Assembly (NCBI RefSeq): GCF_964204645.1
Contig: NC_134025.1
Coordinates: forward strand, 16,405,101 to 16,469,100
Direction: 5' to 3'
DNA from: Tubulanus polymorphus
Taxonomy: Eukaryota; Animalia; Nemertea
DNA length: 64,000 bases
The position numbers and the translations under genes were made by a program. The notes under the pieces were generated by a model. The model ran no database searches, was not told where the DNA came from, and saw only the letters and a program-made list of their open reading frames with translations. This document shows, one piece after another, positions 36,417 through 49,664 of this stretch. Positions within the stretch are counted from its first letter, which is position 1. Each line of letters opens with the position of its first letter.

Positions 36417-36561
36417 CAGGGTTCGTAGCGATCCTGGAAAGTGCTTAATAGTGCTTGAATCACAAAATGCGTTTTCAAGGCCTTGAAAATGCTTGAATTT
36501 TCAAAATTTCAGTAAAAATCATTGGAAGTCCTTGAATTTTTAATGTTGGCCAAATTTTGTC
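36417..36561 (+). mobile_element. Solo left end of the hAT transposon at 58887
   Basis: Near-identical to 58887-59031. Confidence 0.9.
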
Positions 36562-36562
36562 G

Positions 36563-37951
36563 CTTGGGAAGTGGTTTAAAATGCTCAACAATCTCACAAT
36601 TTCAATACATAACGCCCTCTAGTGACCATATACAAAAACCAATGACCTTGAAACCCACCACAATCATAGAACATGTGAGCAGCTATGATTTTGTAATTGA
36701 TTGTGATAACAAAATATGCCTCGTTACCAATTTAATATGGAAATACTAAGTTATTCTACTATTCAACGCCCCCTGGTGACCATATGCAAAACCCAATGAC
36801 CTTAAAACTCACCACAATCGTAGTACATGTCATGAAATACAATTTGCAATTGATCATAGTAACAAAATATGCCTAGGTTCCAATCTAATAAGGAAATACT
36901 AAGCCATTCTACTATTCAACGCCCCCTGGTGACTATATGGAATAACTAATGTCCTTAAAAACTCACCACAATCATAGACGATGTCATGAACTACAACTTT
37001 GCAATGGATCATGGTAACAAACTATGCCTAGGTACCAATCTAATAAGGAAAAACTAAGCTTTTCTACTATTCAACGCCCCCTGGCGACTATATGGAATAA
37101 CTAATGTCCTTAAAAACTCACCACAATCATAGACGATGTCATGAACTACAACTTTGCAATTGATCATGGTAACAAAATATGCCTTGGTACAAATATAATA
37201 TAGCAGTACTAAGTTATTGTATTATTCAACGCCCCCTGATGGCCACATACAAAAACCAATGACCTTGAAACTCACCAAAATCATAGAACACGTTATGGGC
37301 TACAACTTTCCAATTGAATATAGCAACACAATATGCTTAGGTATCAATTTAATGTGGAAAAAATTTTTCCCACCTACGAATGAGTACTGATGACACTAAG
37401 ATGGCCACCAATTGCGACATAATTGGCTGATCAAAAATACCTTTCCCAGGTATAAAACATCCCTCTCTAAAGAATACCCATCAGCAATTGCAATGAGAAA
37501 TGGCAAACCAGTTGGAAGCTATAGGACCTAGAATTCTGGCCAAAATTGACATTTTTGGGCACTAAAAAGGTCATAGGACGGCCATCTTGAGTCAGATCGA
37601 CCCAATTTTCTTATGCTGATGGGCCTTTGGTAGATTCAAATATAAACGAAAGATCAAGGTAATTGATCAAAGCGTCTTCAAAATTTCCCATGAAAACTTC
37701 GAAAATGTTTAAAAAGTGCTGATTTTGGCAAACAACAATGGCTGCCAGTCAGCCATCTTGAATCTGACAGGGCCAGTTTTTGGGCTGCCGATGTGTCTAG
37801 GGTAGATACATGTATAAACCAAATATCAAGACATTAACTTGAAGTGTCTTCAAAACTTCCCAAAATAACTGGATTCCGTCTATGGACGGACGGACGGACG
37901 AAAAGTGAACGTAATAGCCCGCTGGGACTAAAGTCCCAAGTGGACTGAAAA
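36563..37951 (-). mobile_element. HINE-like element lacking its 3' tip
   Basis: Reverse complement of the 31823-33081 family with 154-155-bp units. Confidence 0.8.
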
Positions 37952-38940
37952 AGAATTGTCGCGGGCGACAAAACCAAACTAATGAATTGTCGCGGGTGAT
38001 AAAACCAAAATATTGAATTGTCGCGGGCTACAAAACCAAAAAAAAAAATTGTCGCAGGCGACAAAAACAAAATATAAAACCAAAATAATGAATTGTCGCG
38101 GGCGTCAAAACCAAAAAGAAGAATTGTGGCGGGCGACAAAACCAAAATAATGAATTGTCGCTGGAGATAAAACCAAAGTAATGAATTGTCGTGGGTGATA
38201 AAACCAAAATATTGAATTGTCGCGGGCGACAAAACCAAACTAATGTCGCCAAACTTTGTCAAAAACCAAACTTTGTCGCGGGCGACAAAACCAAAAAAAG
38301 AATTGTCGGGGTGAAAAAACCAAAATAATGAATTGTCGCGGGCGACAAAACCAAAATGGTAAATTGTCCAGGCGACAAAACCAAAATGGTGAATTGTCCC
38401 GGGCGACAAAACCAAAATAATGAATTGTCACGGGCGATAAAACCAAAATAATGAATTGTCGCGGGCGACAAAACCAAAATATTGAATTGTCGCGGGCGAC
38501 AAAACCAAAATATTGAATTGTCTCGGGCGACAAAACCAAAATATTGAATTGTCGCGGGCGACAAAACCAAACTAATGAATTGTCGCGGGCGACAAAACCA
38601 AAAAAAGAATTGTCAGGGTGACAAAACCAAAATAATGAATTGTCGCAGGCGATAAAACCAAAATAATGAATTGTCGCAGGCGACAAAACCAAAATGGTGA
38701 ATTGTCGCGGGCGATAAAACCAAAATAATGAATTGTCGCGGGCGACAAAACCAAAATGGTGATTTGTCGCGGGCGACAAAACCAAAATAATGAATTGTCG
38801 TGGGCGATAAAACTGTAATAATGAATTGTCGCGGGCGATAAAACCAAAATAATGAATTGTCTCAGGCGACAAAACCAAAATAATGAATTATCGCGGGCGA
38901 TAAAACCAAAATATTGAACTGTCGCAGGCGATAAAACCAA
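37952..38940. repeat. 31-bp palindromic minisatellite (GAATTGTCGCGGGCGACAAAACCAAAATAAT)
   Basis: Directly visible tandem array. Confidence 0.95.
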
Positions 38941-39067
38941 GTAGTCCAGTGATTTACCCATTGTGCCACAGAACGTAACTGCAAGGTGGATGAAATTTGA
39001 TTTACAAATAGCCTAGCCTCACCTAACCCAAACTCTATTCTTTCACGCATGCGCTTTTGCAGATCAT

Positions 39068-39290
39068 AGGAACTCACGTACGGCGTTTTTAGGGAACTCA
39101 CGTACGGTTAACCTGGATATCACCATACAGTCACGTACAGGTAACAACTTCGTACTTAAAAAATGGTATTGGCTACTAGGAACTCACGTACGGCGTTAGT
39201 AGGGAACTCACGTACGGTTAACCTGTGGAGATCACCATACAGTCACGTACGAGTAACAACTACGTACTTAAAATGGTATTGGCTGCTATA
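39068..39290 (+). repeat. ~111-bp tandem duplication with GAACTCACGTACGG subrepeats
   Basis: Directly visible. Confidence 0.75.
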
Positions 39291-40099
39291 TAATAGGCCT
39301 CTAGACAAATAAATACCGGTACTGTGGTAGGCTTTTTTAGCTTCCACACTTCACAACCGAACCAACTGACCAACCAGTATATTTAGTCCCAGTACGCACC
39401 AACCGGCACACTGTTTGTCAACTGTGTGTACCGTAGTAGGCTATCGATAATCACCTGATACTTTGCTGTCGTTTGTTTTCTCTCTGAGACGAAGGTAATT
39501 CTAGTAGCCATCCGCGACTCAACGACCTTGATTTAAACTTGATCAATTCAAAATCTGTTTATTGACGCTTTTGGTAACATGAACTGATCAGCAATATACT
39601 TAAATGAAATAACCGGAATAACAGAAAATAAAAAATACTAAAGAGGTAACAAACAAATGCCTGTAAACCTGTCAGACACGCGAATGCCGGACTCGTAAAC
39701 TCTTGTAAACTCGTAAACTCGGCCCCGCTGAGCAATAAATTCATAAAATTGACTTTGAAATTGATTGTGGAGAAGAGAGGGAATTATTCGATAGCTCTTC
39801 CTCGAAAAGAAGAGAGAAATGTCGGAAAGAAAACACAACATGGCTACTAATTGAACGGAGCCAAATTTCCGATGTTTACGGCTCGACAGTGCCTTTATAA
39901 CGTGGATTTATCAAAATTCCCATGCAGTATCTGGAGATTGAAGTGAGCTGAAGGATATCATACGGATTGTATCTGCGATAGCGGTAAGGTAAGGAAGCCT
40001 TTACACTTTTAACAAAAACTGTGGAAAGGGGAAAAAAAAAATAAATATAGCTGCAAAGCAGCGATAACCGGTTTTCTGCACAGTCTTAGAATCCCGTTC

Positions 40100-40370
40100 A
40101 ACGGTGGATTTCAACAAAGCATTTGATAAGGCTCAACATCAGCCACTACTAAACAGGCTATTAGGAAACAGTATCAATGATAGGTCGCCCAAATGGCTCA
40201 GCAGTTATCTCTGAACGGAAACTTGTAACCGAAGTCAACAGAACGCCTCATCTTGGAATGAGACGGTCTAACTAGTGGAGTCACGCAAGGTAGTATCCTA
40301 AGTCGTCTTCTGTTTAATGTCCTGACAAATGACATAGACAGTAATCCAAAATATACCAGACCGAGTAAAT
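40100..40370 (+). mobile_element. Degraded LINE reverse transcriptase fragment (CR1/L2-like)
   Basis: VDFNKAFDK..H..LL and SGVTQGSILSRLLFNVLTNDI in shifted frames. Confidence 0.7.
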
Positions 40371-40427
40371 TTCCAAAACGACCTTAACACAGTGTTCGAC
40401 CAAAAAACTTAATGTTCGGACAAAACC

Positions 40428-40746
40428 ACGGGCGACAAAACCAAAATTATGAATTGTCGCGGGTGACAAAACCAAAATATTGAATTGTCACGGGCGACAA
40501 AACAAAAATAATGAATCGTCGCGGGCGATCAAACCAAAATAATGAATTGTCGCGGGCGATAAAACCACAATAATGAATTGTCGCGGACGTTAAAACCAAA
40601 ATATTGAATTGTCGCGGGCGATAAAACCAAAATAATGTATTGTCGGGAACGACAAAAACAAAATATTGAATTGTTTCCTGCCACGAAACCAAAATAATGA
40701 ATTGTTAATGAATGTTAAATAATGAATCGCGGGCGACAAAACCAAA
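40428..40746. repeat. 31-bp minisatellite block
   Basis: Same unit as 37952-38940. Confidence 0.9.
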
Positions 40747-41450
40747 CTAGGGGTCCAGGGACACCATGCTCACTTGGGAAGTGGTTTAAAATGCTCAACA
40801 ATCTAACAATTTCAATACATAACGCCCTCTAGTGACCATATACAAAAACCAATGACCTTGAAACCCACCACAATCATAGAACATGTGAGCAGCTATGATT
40901 TTGTAATTGATTGTGATAACAAAATATGCCTCGTTACCAATTTAATATGGAAATACTAAGTTATTCTACTATTCAACGCCCCCTGGTGACCATATGCAAA
41001 ACCCAATGACCTTAAAACTCACCACAATCGTAGTACATGTCATGAAATACAATTTGCAATTGATCATAGTAACAAAATATGCCTAGGTTCCAATCAAATA
41101 AGGAAATACTAAGCCATTCTACTATTCAACGCCCCCTGGTGACTATATGGAATAACTAATGTCCTTAAAAACTCACCACAATCATAGACGATGACATGAA
41201 CTACAACTTTGCAATGGATCATGGTAACAAACTATGCCTAGGTACCAATCTAATAAGGAAAAACTACGCTTTTCTACTATTCAACGCCCCCTGGTGACTA
41301 TATGGAATAACTAATGTCCTTAAAAACTCACCACAATCATAGACAATGTCATGAACTACAACTTTGCAATTGATCATGGTAACAAAATATGCCTTGGTAC
41401 AAATATAATATAGCAATACTAAGTTATTGTATTATTCAACGCCCCCTGAT
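40745..41450 (-). mobile_element. 3' half of HINE-like element, near-identical to 36563-37240
   Basis: AACTAGGGGTCCAGGGACACCATG start and the same diagnostic unit variants. Confidence 0.8.
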
Positions 41451-43630
41451 GGCGACAAAACCAAAAAAAAAATTGTCGCAGGCGACAAAAACAAAATATA
41501 AAACCAAAATAATGGATTGTCAAAACCAAAAAGAAGAATTGTGGCGGGCGACAAAACCGAAATAATGAATTGTCGCTGGAGATAAAACCAAAGTAATGAA
41601 TTGTCGTGGGCGATAAAACCAAAATGGTAAATTGTCCAGGCGACAAAACCAAAATGGTGAATTGTCGCGGGCGACAAAACCAAAAAAAGAATTGTCAGGG
41701 CGACAAAACCAAAATAATGAATTGTCGCAGGCGATAAAACCAAAATAATGAATTGTCGCGGGCGACAAAACCAAAATGGTGATTTGTCGCGGGCGACAAA
41801 ACCAAAATAATGAATTGTCGCGGGCGATAAAACTGTAATAATGAATTGTCGCGGGCGATAAAACCAAAATAATGTATTGTCTCAGGCGACAAAACCAAAA
41901 CAATGAATTATCGCGGGCGATAAAACCAAAATATTGAACTGTCGCAGGCGATAAAACAAAAATATTGAATTGTCGCGGGTGACAAAACCAAAATATTGAA
42001 TTGTCGCGGGCGACAAAACCAAAAAAAGAATTGTCAGGGCGACAAAACCAAAATAATGAATTGTCGCAGGCGATAAAACCAAAATAATGAATTGTCGCAG
42101 GCGACAAAACCAAAATGGTGAATTGTCGCGGGCGACAAAACCAAAATGGTGAATTGTCGCGGGCGACAAAACCAAAATGGTGATTTGTCGCGGGCGACAA
42201 AACCAAAAAAATGAATTGTCGCGGGCGACAAAACCAAAAAAATGAATTGTCGCGGGCGACAAAACCAAAATGGTGATTTGTCGCGGGCGACAAAACCAAA
42301 ATAATGAATTGTCGCGGGTGATAAAACTGTAATAATGAATTGTCGCGGGCGATAAAACCAAAATAATGAATTGTCTCAGGCGACAAAACCAAAACAATGA
42401 ATTATCGCGGGCGATAAAACCAAAATATTGAACTGTCGCAGGCGATAAAACAAAAATATTGAATTGTCGCGGGTGACAAAACCAAAATATTGAATTGTCG
42501 CGGGCGACAAAACCAAAAAAAGAATTGTCAGGGCGACAAAACCAAAATAATGAATTGTCGCAGGCGATAAAACCAAAATAATGAATTGTCGCAGGCGACA
42601 AAACCAAAATGGTGAATTGTCGCGGGCGACAAAACCAAAATGGTGAATTGTCGCGGGCGACAAAACCAAAATGGTGAATTGTCGCGGGCGACAAAACCAA
42701 AATGGTGATTTGTCGCGGGCGACAAAACCAAAAAAATGAATTGTCGCGGGCGACAAAACCAAAATGGTGATTTGTCGCGGGCGACAAAACCAAAATAATG
42801 AATTGTCGCGGGTGATAAAACTGTAATAATGAATTGTCGCGGGCGATAAAACCAAAATAATGAATTGTCTCAGGCGACAAAACCAAAACAATGAATTATC
42901 GCGGGCGATAAAACCAAAATATTGAACTGTCGCAGGCGATAAAACAAAAATATTGAATTGTCGCGGGTGACAAAACCAAAATATTGAATTGTCGCGGGCG
43001 ACAAAACCAAAAAAAGAATTGTCAGGGCGACAAAACCAAAATAATGAATTGTCGCAGGCGATAAAACCAAAATAATGAATTGTCGCAGGCGACAAAACCA
43101 AAATGGTGAATTGTCGCGGGCGACAAAACCAAAATGGTGAATTGTCGTGGGCGACAAAACCAAAATGGTGATTTGTCGCGGGCGACAAAACCAAAAAAAT
43201 GAATTGTCGCGGGCGACAAAACCAAAATGGTGATTTGTCGCGGGCGACAAAACCAAAATAATGAATTGTCGCGGGTGATAAAACTGTAATAATGAATTGT
43301 CGCGGGCGATAAAACCAAAATAATGAATTGTCTCAGGCGACAAAACCAAAGCAATGAATTATCGCGGGCAATAAAACCAAAATATTGAACTGTCGCAGGC
43401 GATAAAACCAAAATATTGAATTGTCGCGGGCGACAAAACCAAAATATTGAATTGTCTCGGGCGACAAAACCAAACTAATGAATTGTTGCAAGCGATAAAA
43501 CCAAAATAATGAATGGTTGCAAGCGATAAAACCAAAATAATGAATTGTCGCGGGCGATAAAACCAAAATAATGAATTGTCGCGTGTGACAAAACCAAAAT
43601 AATGAATTGTCGCGGGCGACAAAATCAAAA
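41451..43630. repeat. 31-bp minisatellite with ~494-bp higher-order repeat
   Basis: Variant unit TTGTCTCAGGCGAC recurs at about 41880, 42374, 42868 and 43331. Confidence 0.95.
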
Positions 43631-44667
43631 TCATTGTTTTCTCGCGTTATTTTAGTTTTGTCATTTTGTCGTAATGTCGCCCTCATTTGCATATTCGTGT
43701 TTTTTTATCTCATCAGCCACCATACTAAAGCCTTAAGGTCGCGTAAAACTCGATAAACACTTCAAGCGACACAGCGAACGGTCTCCTTTCCCCCACAGCG
43801 AACGCTTACTCCGAATGTCAAGTGTGAGTCCAGCATACGGATAGGAGTGTGTTATATACTTGTATTTAGTAAATACCTTGTGGATTTGACAATGATCGGT
43901 ATGTACCGTAGGAAATATAGAGTATTGATGGTATTGATATAGAGGTTGAAGCCCACGGCCGAATAAAGTAATATATTTTTTTTATTTTGATACCTCGTCG
44001 ACATAACAGCTTTTCTCCGCTATATCTCTTCGGTGTGTTTAGTTTAGGCCTACGACTCCCCGGTACACTTATGATTTATCTTAGTAAATACACGGTTAAT
44101 TTGGTAAAGAAAAATACGTATTGCTAAACTATCTGCTTGACGCCCGCAGCCAAATCACTGGTAGTTATAAATTAATTTGCACTCGATTTGATTCTCATGA
44201 TGAGGAGAAACTCGCAGCTGATCCCCGGAACGACGATGAAGTGACACACGTCGATTTGTCGATGTTTACGGCTCGACAGTGCTTTTAAAATCTAAAGTAG
44301 TAAATTTCCTGTGTATCGGTAATATGATTTGATGAGGAAATTGGGCTATTGTAAAAATTAGTTTTTAAAAACCGCGACAGAATGTGCAATCTTTGGGTAA
44401 TAAATTTGTTAATTTATGCTTGAATTGATAATCGACGTGACAAGAAACGTGCGGTAGATTTCGGAAAGAGGACTTAGAAAAACATGTCAGCTCTTTGAAT
44501 GGGGCTCAATTTTCGATGTTTACAGCCCGACAGTGCTTTTGTAACGTTGATTCTTCAAAATTCGCACGGAGTATTTGTGGATTGAAGTGAGCTGAATGAT
44601 ATCAGACGGATTGTATCGGCAACAGCGGTAATGTAAAAAAGCCTTTGACAAAAAAAGTGTGGAAAAA

Positions 44668-44699
<32 letters not shown>

Positions 44700-44849
44700 G
44701 AAACACGCGAATCTCAATAGGGTTTTCTGTGATGTAACAGAAAACCCTAATAATCACGCAAATTTCAATAGGGTTTTCTGTGAAGAAACAGAAAACCCTA
44801 ATAAATCTGCAGGAACAGGTGGTATGAAACACGAGGTATTTATCGCTGT

Positions 44850-45600
44850 TGGCAATGCAATTGTTACTCAACTCACTATTTTTTCAAATATTATATTAGA
44901 TAGTGGATGCTATCCCCAATCATGGAGCACGGGCTACTTAGTTTTACTACACATGGGTGGTTCAAACAATTCAGCAATCAATTACAGGGGCATAACCATC
45001 CTGTCAGTATTCGCCAAACTCTTCTCAATAATTTTGAACACTAGATTAACATGGTGTGAGGCATACTCTGGCTTTAGGCCAACTTATAGTACAACAGACC
45101 ATATATTTGAATTCGGTCATAAATCACCTAACAAGAACTGCAAACTATACGCGGCCTTCATTGATTTTTCGAAGGCGTTTGATTTGGTTGACCGCTCGCT
45201 ATTACTACAACAACTCTCTGTGAGTGGGATCACGGTAAAATATTATGTATTATCAAGTCTTTGTATATGTCCACAAAATCAAGTGTAAGACACCAAAACC
45301 ATTACTCTGATTATTTCATTTGGGGCACAGGGGTCAGACAGGGTAAATTTCTATCACCTTTACTTTTTATACTTTTAAGTCTCTTTATCAATGATATGGA
45401 AAGCTGTGTGAAGTTTCGAAAGTATGAAGGAATTGATATGGGAACTCTGAAGCTATTATTATTATATTATATGCTGATGACACGGTAGTGCTGACAGATT
45501 CTCTTGACTCGTGGCGCTCGATAATGTTTATATCTACTGTGAAACAAAACATATTAAGATAAATTATGATTAAACAAAAATAGTGATATTTAGGAAATTA
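44850..45600 (+). mobile_element. Degraded LINE reverse transcriptase
   Basis: NYRGITILS...GFR..YSTTDHIF, FIDFSKAFD.VDR, GVRQG..LSPLLF, (Y)ADDT across frameshifts. Confidence 0.85.
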
Positions 45601-48410
45601 TTCGTCCCCTAGGGGCTGCCCTGTGGGTGGAGTTTCTATTTCTTCAAATCGCTAGTAGTTCTACAGTTTTAATCAGATCAATTCCAAATTTGGTATGAAT
45701 GTTTCATGGACCAAGGCCTATGAAGTTATAGAGCCATTTTTTGGATTCGTCCCCCAGGGGGCACCTGGGGGAGTTTCTATTTATTCAAATTGCTACTAGT
45801 CCTACAGTTTTAACCAGATCAATTCCAAATTTAGTATGAATGTTCTATGGACCAAGGCCTATAAAGTACTCGAGCCATTTTTTTATTCATCCACCAGGGG
45901 GCGCCCCTGGAGATGGAGATTCTATTTCTTCAAAATTGCTATTAGTCCTACAGTTTTAACCAGATCAAGTCCAAATTTGGTATGAATGTTCTATGGACCA
46001 ATACCTACAAAGTACAAAGCCCTTTTTGGATATGGCCACAAGGGGGCACCCCCTAGGTATGCAGCTTCCGTTTCTTCGAATCACACAGCAGAGCTATATA
46101 AGCCGATAGGCGCCTTGTTGAAGTTTTCGAGGAAAATTTTGAAGACGCTTTTATCTATTACTTGATCTTTTAGATATATTTGTACCTCCCAAGGGTCCAT
46201 CAATATGAGAAAAATTTGGTCGATCGGACTCAAGATCCCCGTCATGTGACCATTTTTGTGCCCTAAAATGTCAATTTTGGCCTGAATTCCGAGTCCTAAT
46301 GGTTTGCAATTTTTCATCGCAATTAGTGATGAGTATTCTTTGAAAAGAGATCTTTTATACCTGAGACAGGTATTTTTAGGCCAGCTGTAGGCTGAGCCTA
46401 TTACTATAGAAATGGAGCAAATTTAAATGACATGGTTTCCAAAGCAAAGGCTCTTTGAATGTGCAACTCAGCATATATTCATACAGATTATTAATGCATT
46501 AACCATTCTCCAAACTCTACGTAGCTAAATTTTGAAAGAGGGCCTCGTTAAAATTTATATGAGCTTTTTTCACGAATATCCGATCGCAAAAATATTTGTT
46601 TTGAAAAGCCAATCAGAAAGCAAAGACTCCTCTATGATTGGCTTAGCCGCAGAAATCAGCAGGTGTTCACATGAACCCGCGGTATCGTCTACGGTTTTAC
46701 TTCCGGGTTTTATTTTAAGATCTAGAATTGTATTTCAAGATCGATTTCTGTGAAAGCTTTTAGTTGATTTGGTTTTTGGGAGGAATATTTTTATTAGCAC
46801 TACAGAAAATATCATTGACCATTGTGCAAAGTCCAGGAAAAATTGCTTTTCTCAAATCGGATAGATGACCTTGATATGCTAATTAGCCATGTGCTCAAAC
46901 TACAAATTCAATCAAATTTTATTCTGTAAAAAATATCCAAAAATCCAATTCAATTTTACTTTATTGAACAAATAAAAAACATCAAATCCAATTGAATTTT
47001 GTTTTATTGAGCAAATTTCAGAAAATTCTACTCCGCATTAAAATCAATAAGACCAAGGGAAAAGATTTATCTGAGGTATTTGTTCCTGCCAGATCCAGTC
47101 GCTGTCTGTGCTACTTTTGTATTCTACGATTGTATTGTGTAAATTATTAAATGAGTTGACTCTGAGCTGGGAGTGTATTTTGACAAATTTAACCCACAGA
47201 ATGCATCATCATTTGCCATTTTATGAAAAGCTGACAGGCTGGCCATAGTGCCCCTTGGGGCTCTTGTTGATCAGCCAATTATGACGCAATTGGCGGCCAT
47301 CTTGGTATCATCAGTACTCATTCGTAGGTGGAAAAAAGTACTTCCACATTATATTGATACCTAAGCATATTTTCTTACCACAATTAATTGGAAAGTTGTA
47401 GCTCATAACGTGTTCTATGATTGTAGTGAGTTTCAAGGTCATTGGTTTTTGTTTATGGTCACCAGGGGGCATTGAACAATGCAATAACTTAGTATTTCTA
47501 TATTATTTTTGTACCTATTCATATTTTGTTACCACAATCAATTGAAAAGTTATAGCTCATGACATGTTCAATGATAAAAAGTAGAATAGCTTAGTATTTC
47601 CTTATTATATTGGTACCTAGACATATTTTGTTACCATGATCAATTGCAAAGTTGTAGCTCATAACAGTTGTAGCTCATGTTCTATGAATCAAGTGAGTTT
47701 CGCGGTCATTGGGCTTTGCATATGGTCACCAGGGACGTTGAATAACTAGAATAACTTAGTATTTCCCTATTATGTTGGTAACTAGGCATAGTTTGTTACC
47801 GCAATCAATTACAAAATCGTAGCTGATGTTCTATGATTGTGGTGAGTTTCAAGGTCATTGGTCTTGTAAATGGCCACCATGGGGTGTTGAACAATTCAAT
47901 AACTTAGTATTTCCATATTATATTCGCACCTATGCATATTTTGTTATCAATTGGAAAGTTCTAGCTCATGACATGGTCTATAATTGTGGTCAGGTTCAAG
48001 GTAATTGGTTTTTGTATTTGGCCACCAGGGGGCGTTGAACAATACAATAACATAAGTATTCCCTTATTATATTGGCACCTAGGCATATTTTGTTTCCGTG
48101 ATCAATTGAAAAGTTGTTGTTCATGACATGTTCTATGATTATGGTTAGTTTGCAAAGTCATTGGGCTTTGCATATGGTCACCAGGGGGGGGGCGTTGTAT
48201 AGTAGAATAACTTAGAATTTCCATATTATAGTGGAAACTTGGCATATTTTGTTAGCACAATCGTTTTAAAATCGTAGCTGCTGACATGTTCTACAATTGT
48301 GGTGAGTTTCAAGGGTATTGGGTGGGGGGATGATGAATATTGAAATTGTTAGATTGTTGAGCATTTGAAACCACATCCAAGTGGGCATGGTGTCCCTAGA
48401 CCCCTAGTTT
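45600..48410 (+). mobile_element. Interleaved HINE-like elements of two families (about 140-bp and 154-bp units)
   Basis: Tandem units at 45600-46080; family-1 body at 46130-46375 and 47268-48410 ending GGTGTCCCTAGACCCCTAGTT; family-2 tail GGCCATAGTGCCCCTTGGGGCTCTTGTT at about 47241-47268. Confidence 0.65.
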
Positions 48411-48875
48411 TATTAGTATTGATTCCCAGGCATATTTTATTACCACAATGAATTGCTCAATTGTAGTTTGTGACATGTTCTATGATTGTAGTGAGTTCCA
48501 AGGTCATTAATAGTTTGTATATAGTCACCAGGGGCGGTTGAATTACAGAATAGCTTAATATTTTCATATTTCATAGGTGCATATTTTGATATCACGATCG
48601 ATTGCAAAATTGTAGCTCATGACATGTAGTTGAATGACTTTGGTAGTATTTTCATATTTGGTAGAATGGTGGAATGATTGACCAGTGACTTGAGTTACTC
48701 CTTTTTCAATATCAATTCGAGGATTTTGAACTACATCTTACTGTCCCCTTAACTCAATTATTCCATTTCGCTTAGTTATTTAGTTTCATAACATAGTTTT
48801 CCTCTCTTTTTAGATAAACTTGGAATGACATATCACAAACTATTGTGTATTTGAATTAAACTGATTAACAGACCA

Positions 48876-49231
48876 ATGCATCATCATGAGGGCCAACTAC
48901 AGATGAATGCCCAGGATACATCTGTGGATTGCAGCAAAGATAATGAACCAATGCGACAGTCAATGATCAAAATGGAAATGACACATTGCAAGAACCGTCG
49001 AACGAATTCTGCAGCTAACGTTCAAACTATTGAGCCCGATAATATTTCAGGGAGTAATTCACAATCATGGGCTGATTTTCGTGCATCCATTCAACCATTG
49101 GATAAAAATTTTGAAGCCCGATATGCTATGACTCGTGGAAGGACTCCAATTAAAGCATCTATTCAAAGTAAAGTCTATAACTTCTTGGAACGTCCAACTG
49201 GATGGAAATGCTTCATATACCATTTTACTGT
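48876..49231 (+). CDS. KCNQ1: Voltage-gated potassium channel KCNQ1-like, first coding exon
   Basis: IQSKVYNFLERPTGWKCFIYHFTV matches the KCNQ1 N-terminus/S1; donor GT|GTACGT after 49231 (phase 2); upstream acceptor TTTTAG at 48813. Confidence 0.92.
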
Positions 49232-49664
49232 GTACGTATGTTTTACTGTGAGCATGGCAACATTTAGTATTTTCATATTTCATAGGTGCATATTTTTCAC
49301 AATCGATTGCAAAATTTAGCTCATGACATATAGTTGAATGACTTCGGTAGTATTTTCATATTTCGTTATTTTTAAGCACACTCAAATGCAATTTCAGTAG
49401 CCTGTAATTTCACTACTAGTGGGTGAATTGAGCCGATTAACCAAAAATATATTTCGTAATTTGTTTTTCTTTATGTTGCGCAAAGTTAAAAGTCGTTGGT
49501 TTCATATTTTTTGAGAAATTTACCAAAAAGGATGAAAAATTCGATTTATTTGAGCACGTTTTTAGCCCACTTGGGACTTTAGTCCCAGCGGGCTATTGCA
49601 TTCACTTTTCGTCCGTCCTCCTTCCGTAGATGGAATCAAGTTATTTTGGGAAGTTTTGAAGAAA

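Noticed and set aside
41451-43630. CRISPR-like palindromic repeat array
   Set aside because: Units are contiguous with no unique spacers, no cas genes, eukaryotic context.
37834-43692. Many long minus-strand ORFs (FWFCRPRQF...)
   Set aside because: Translations of the 31-bp satellite, open in all three frames.
49232-49319. C-terminal part of ORF 48876-49319
   Set aside because: Read-through into the intron; KCNQ1 similarity resumes at 53356.
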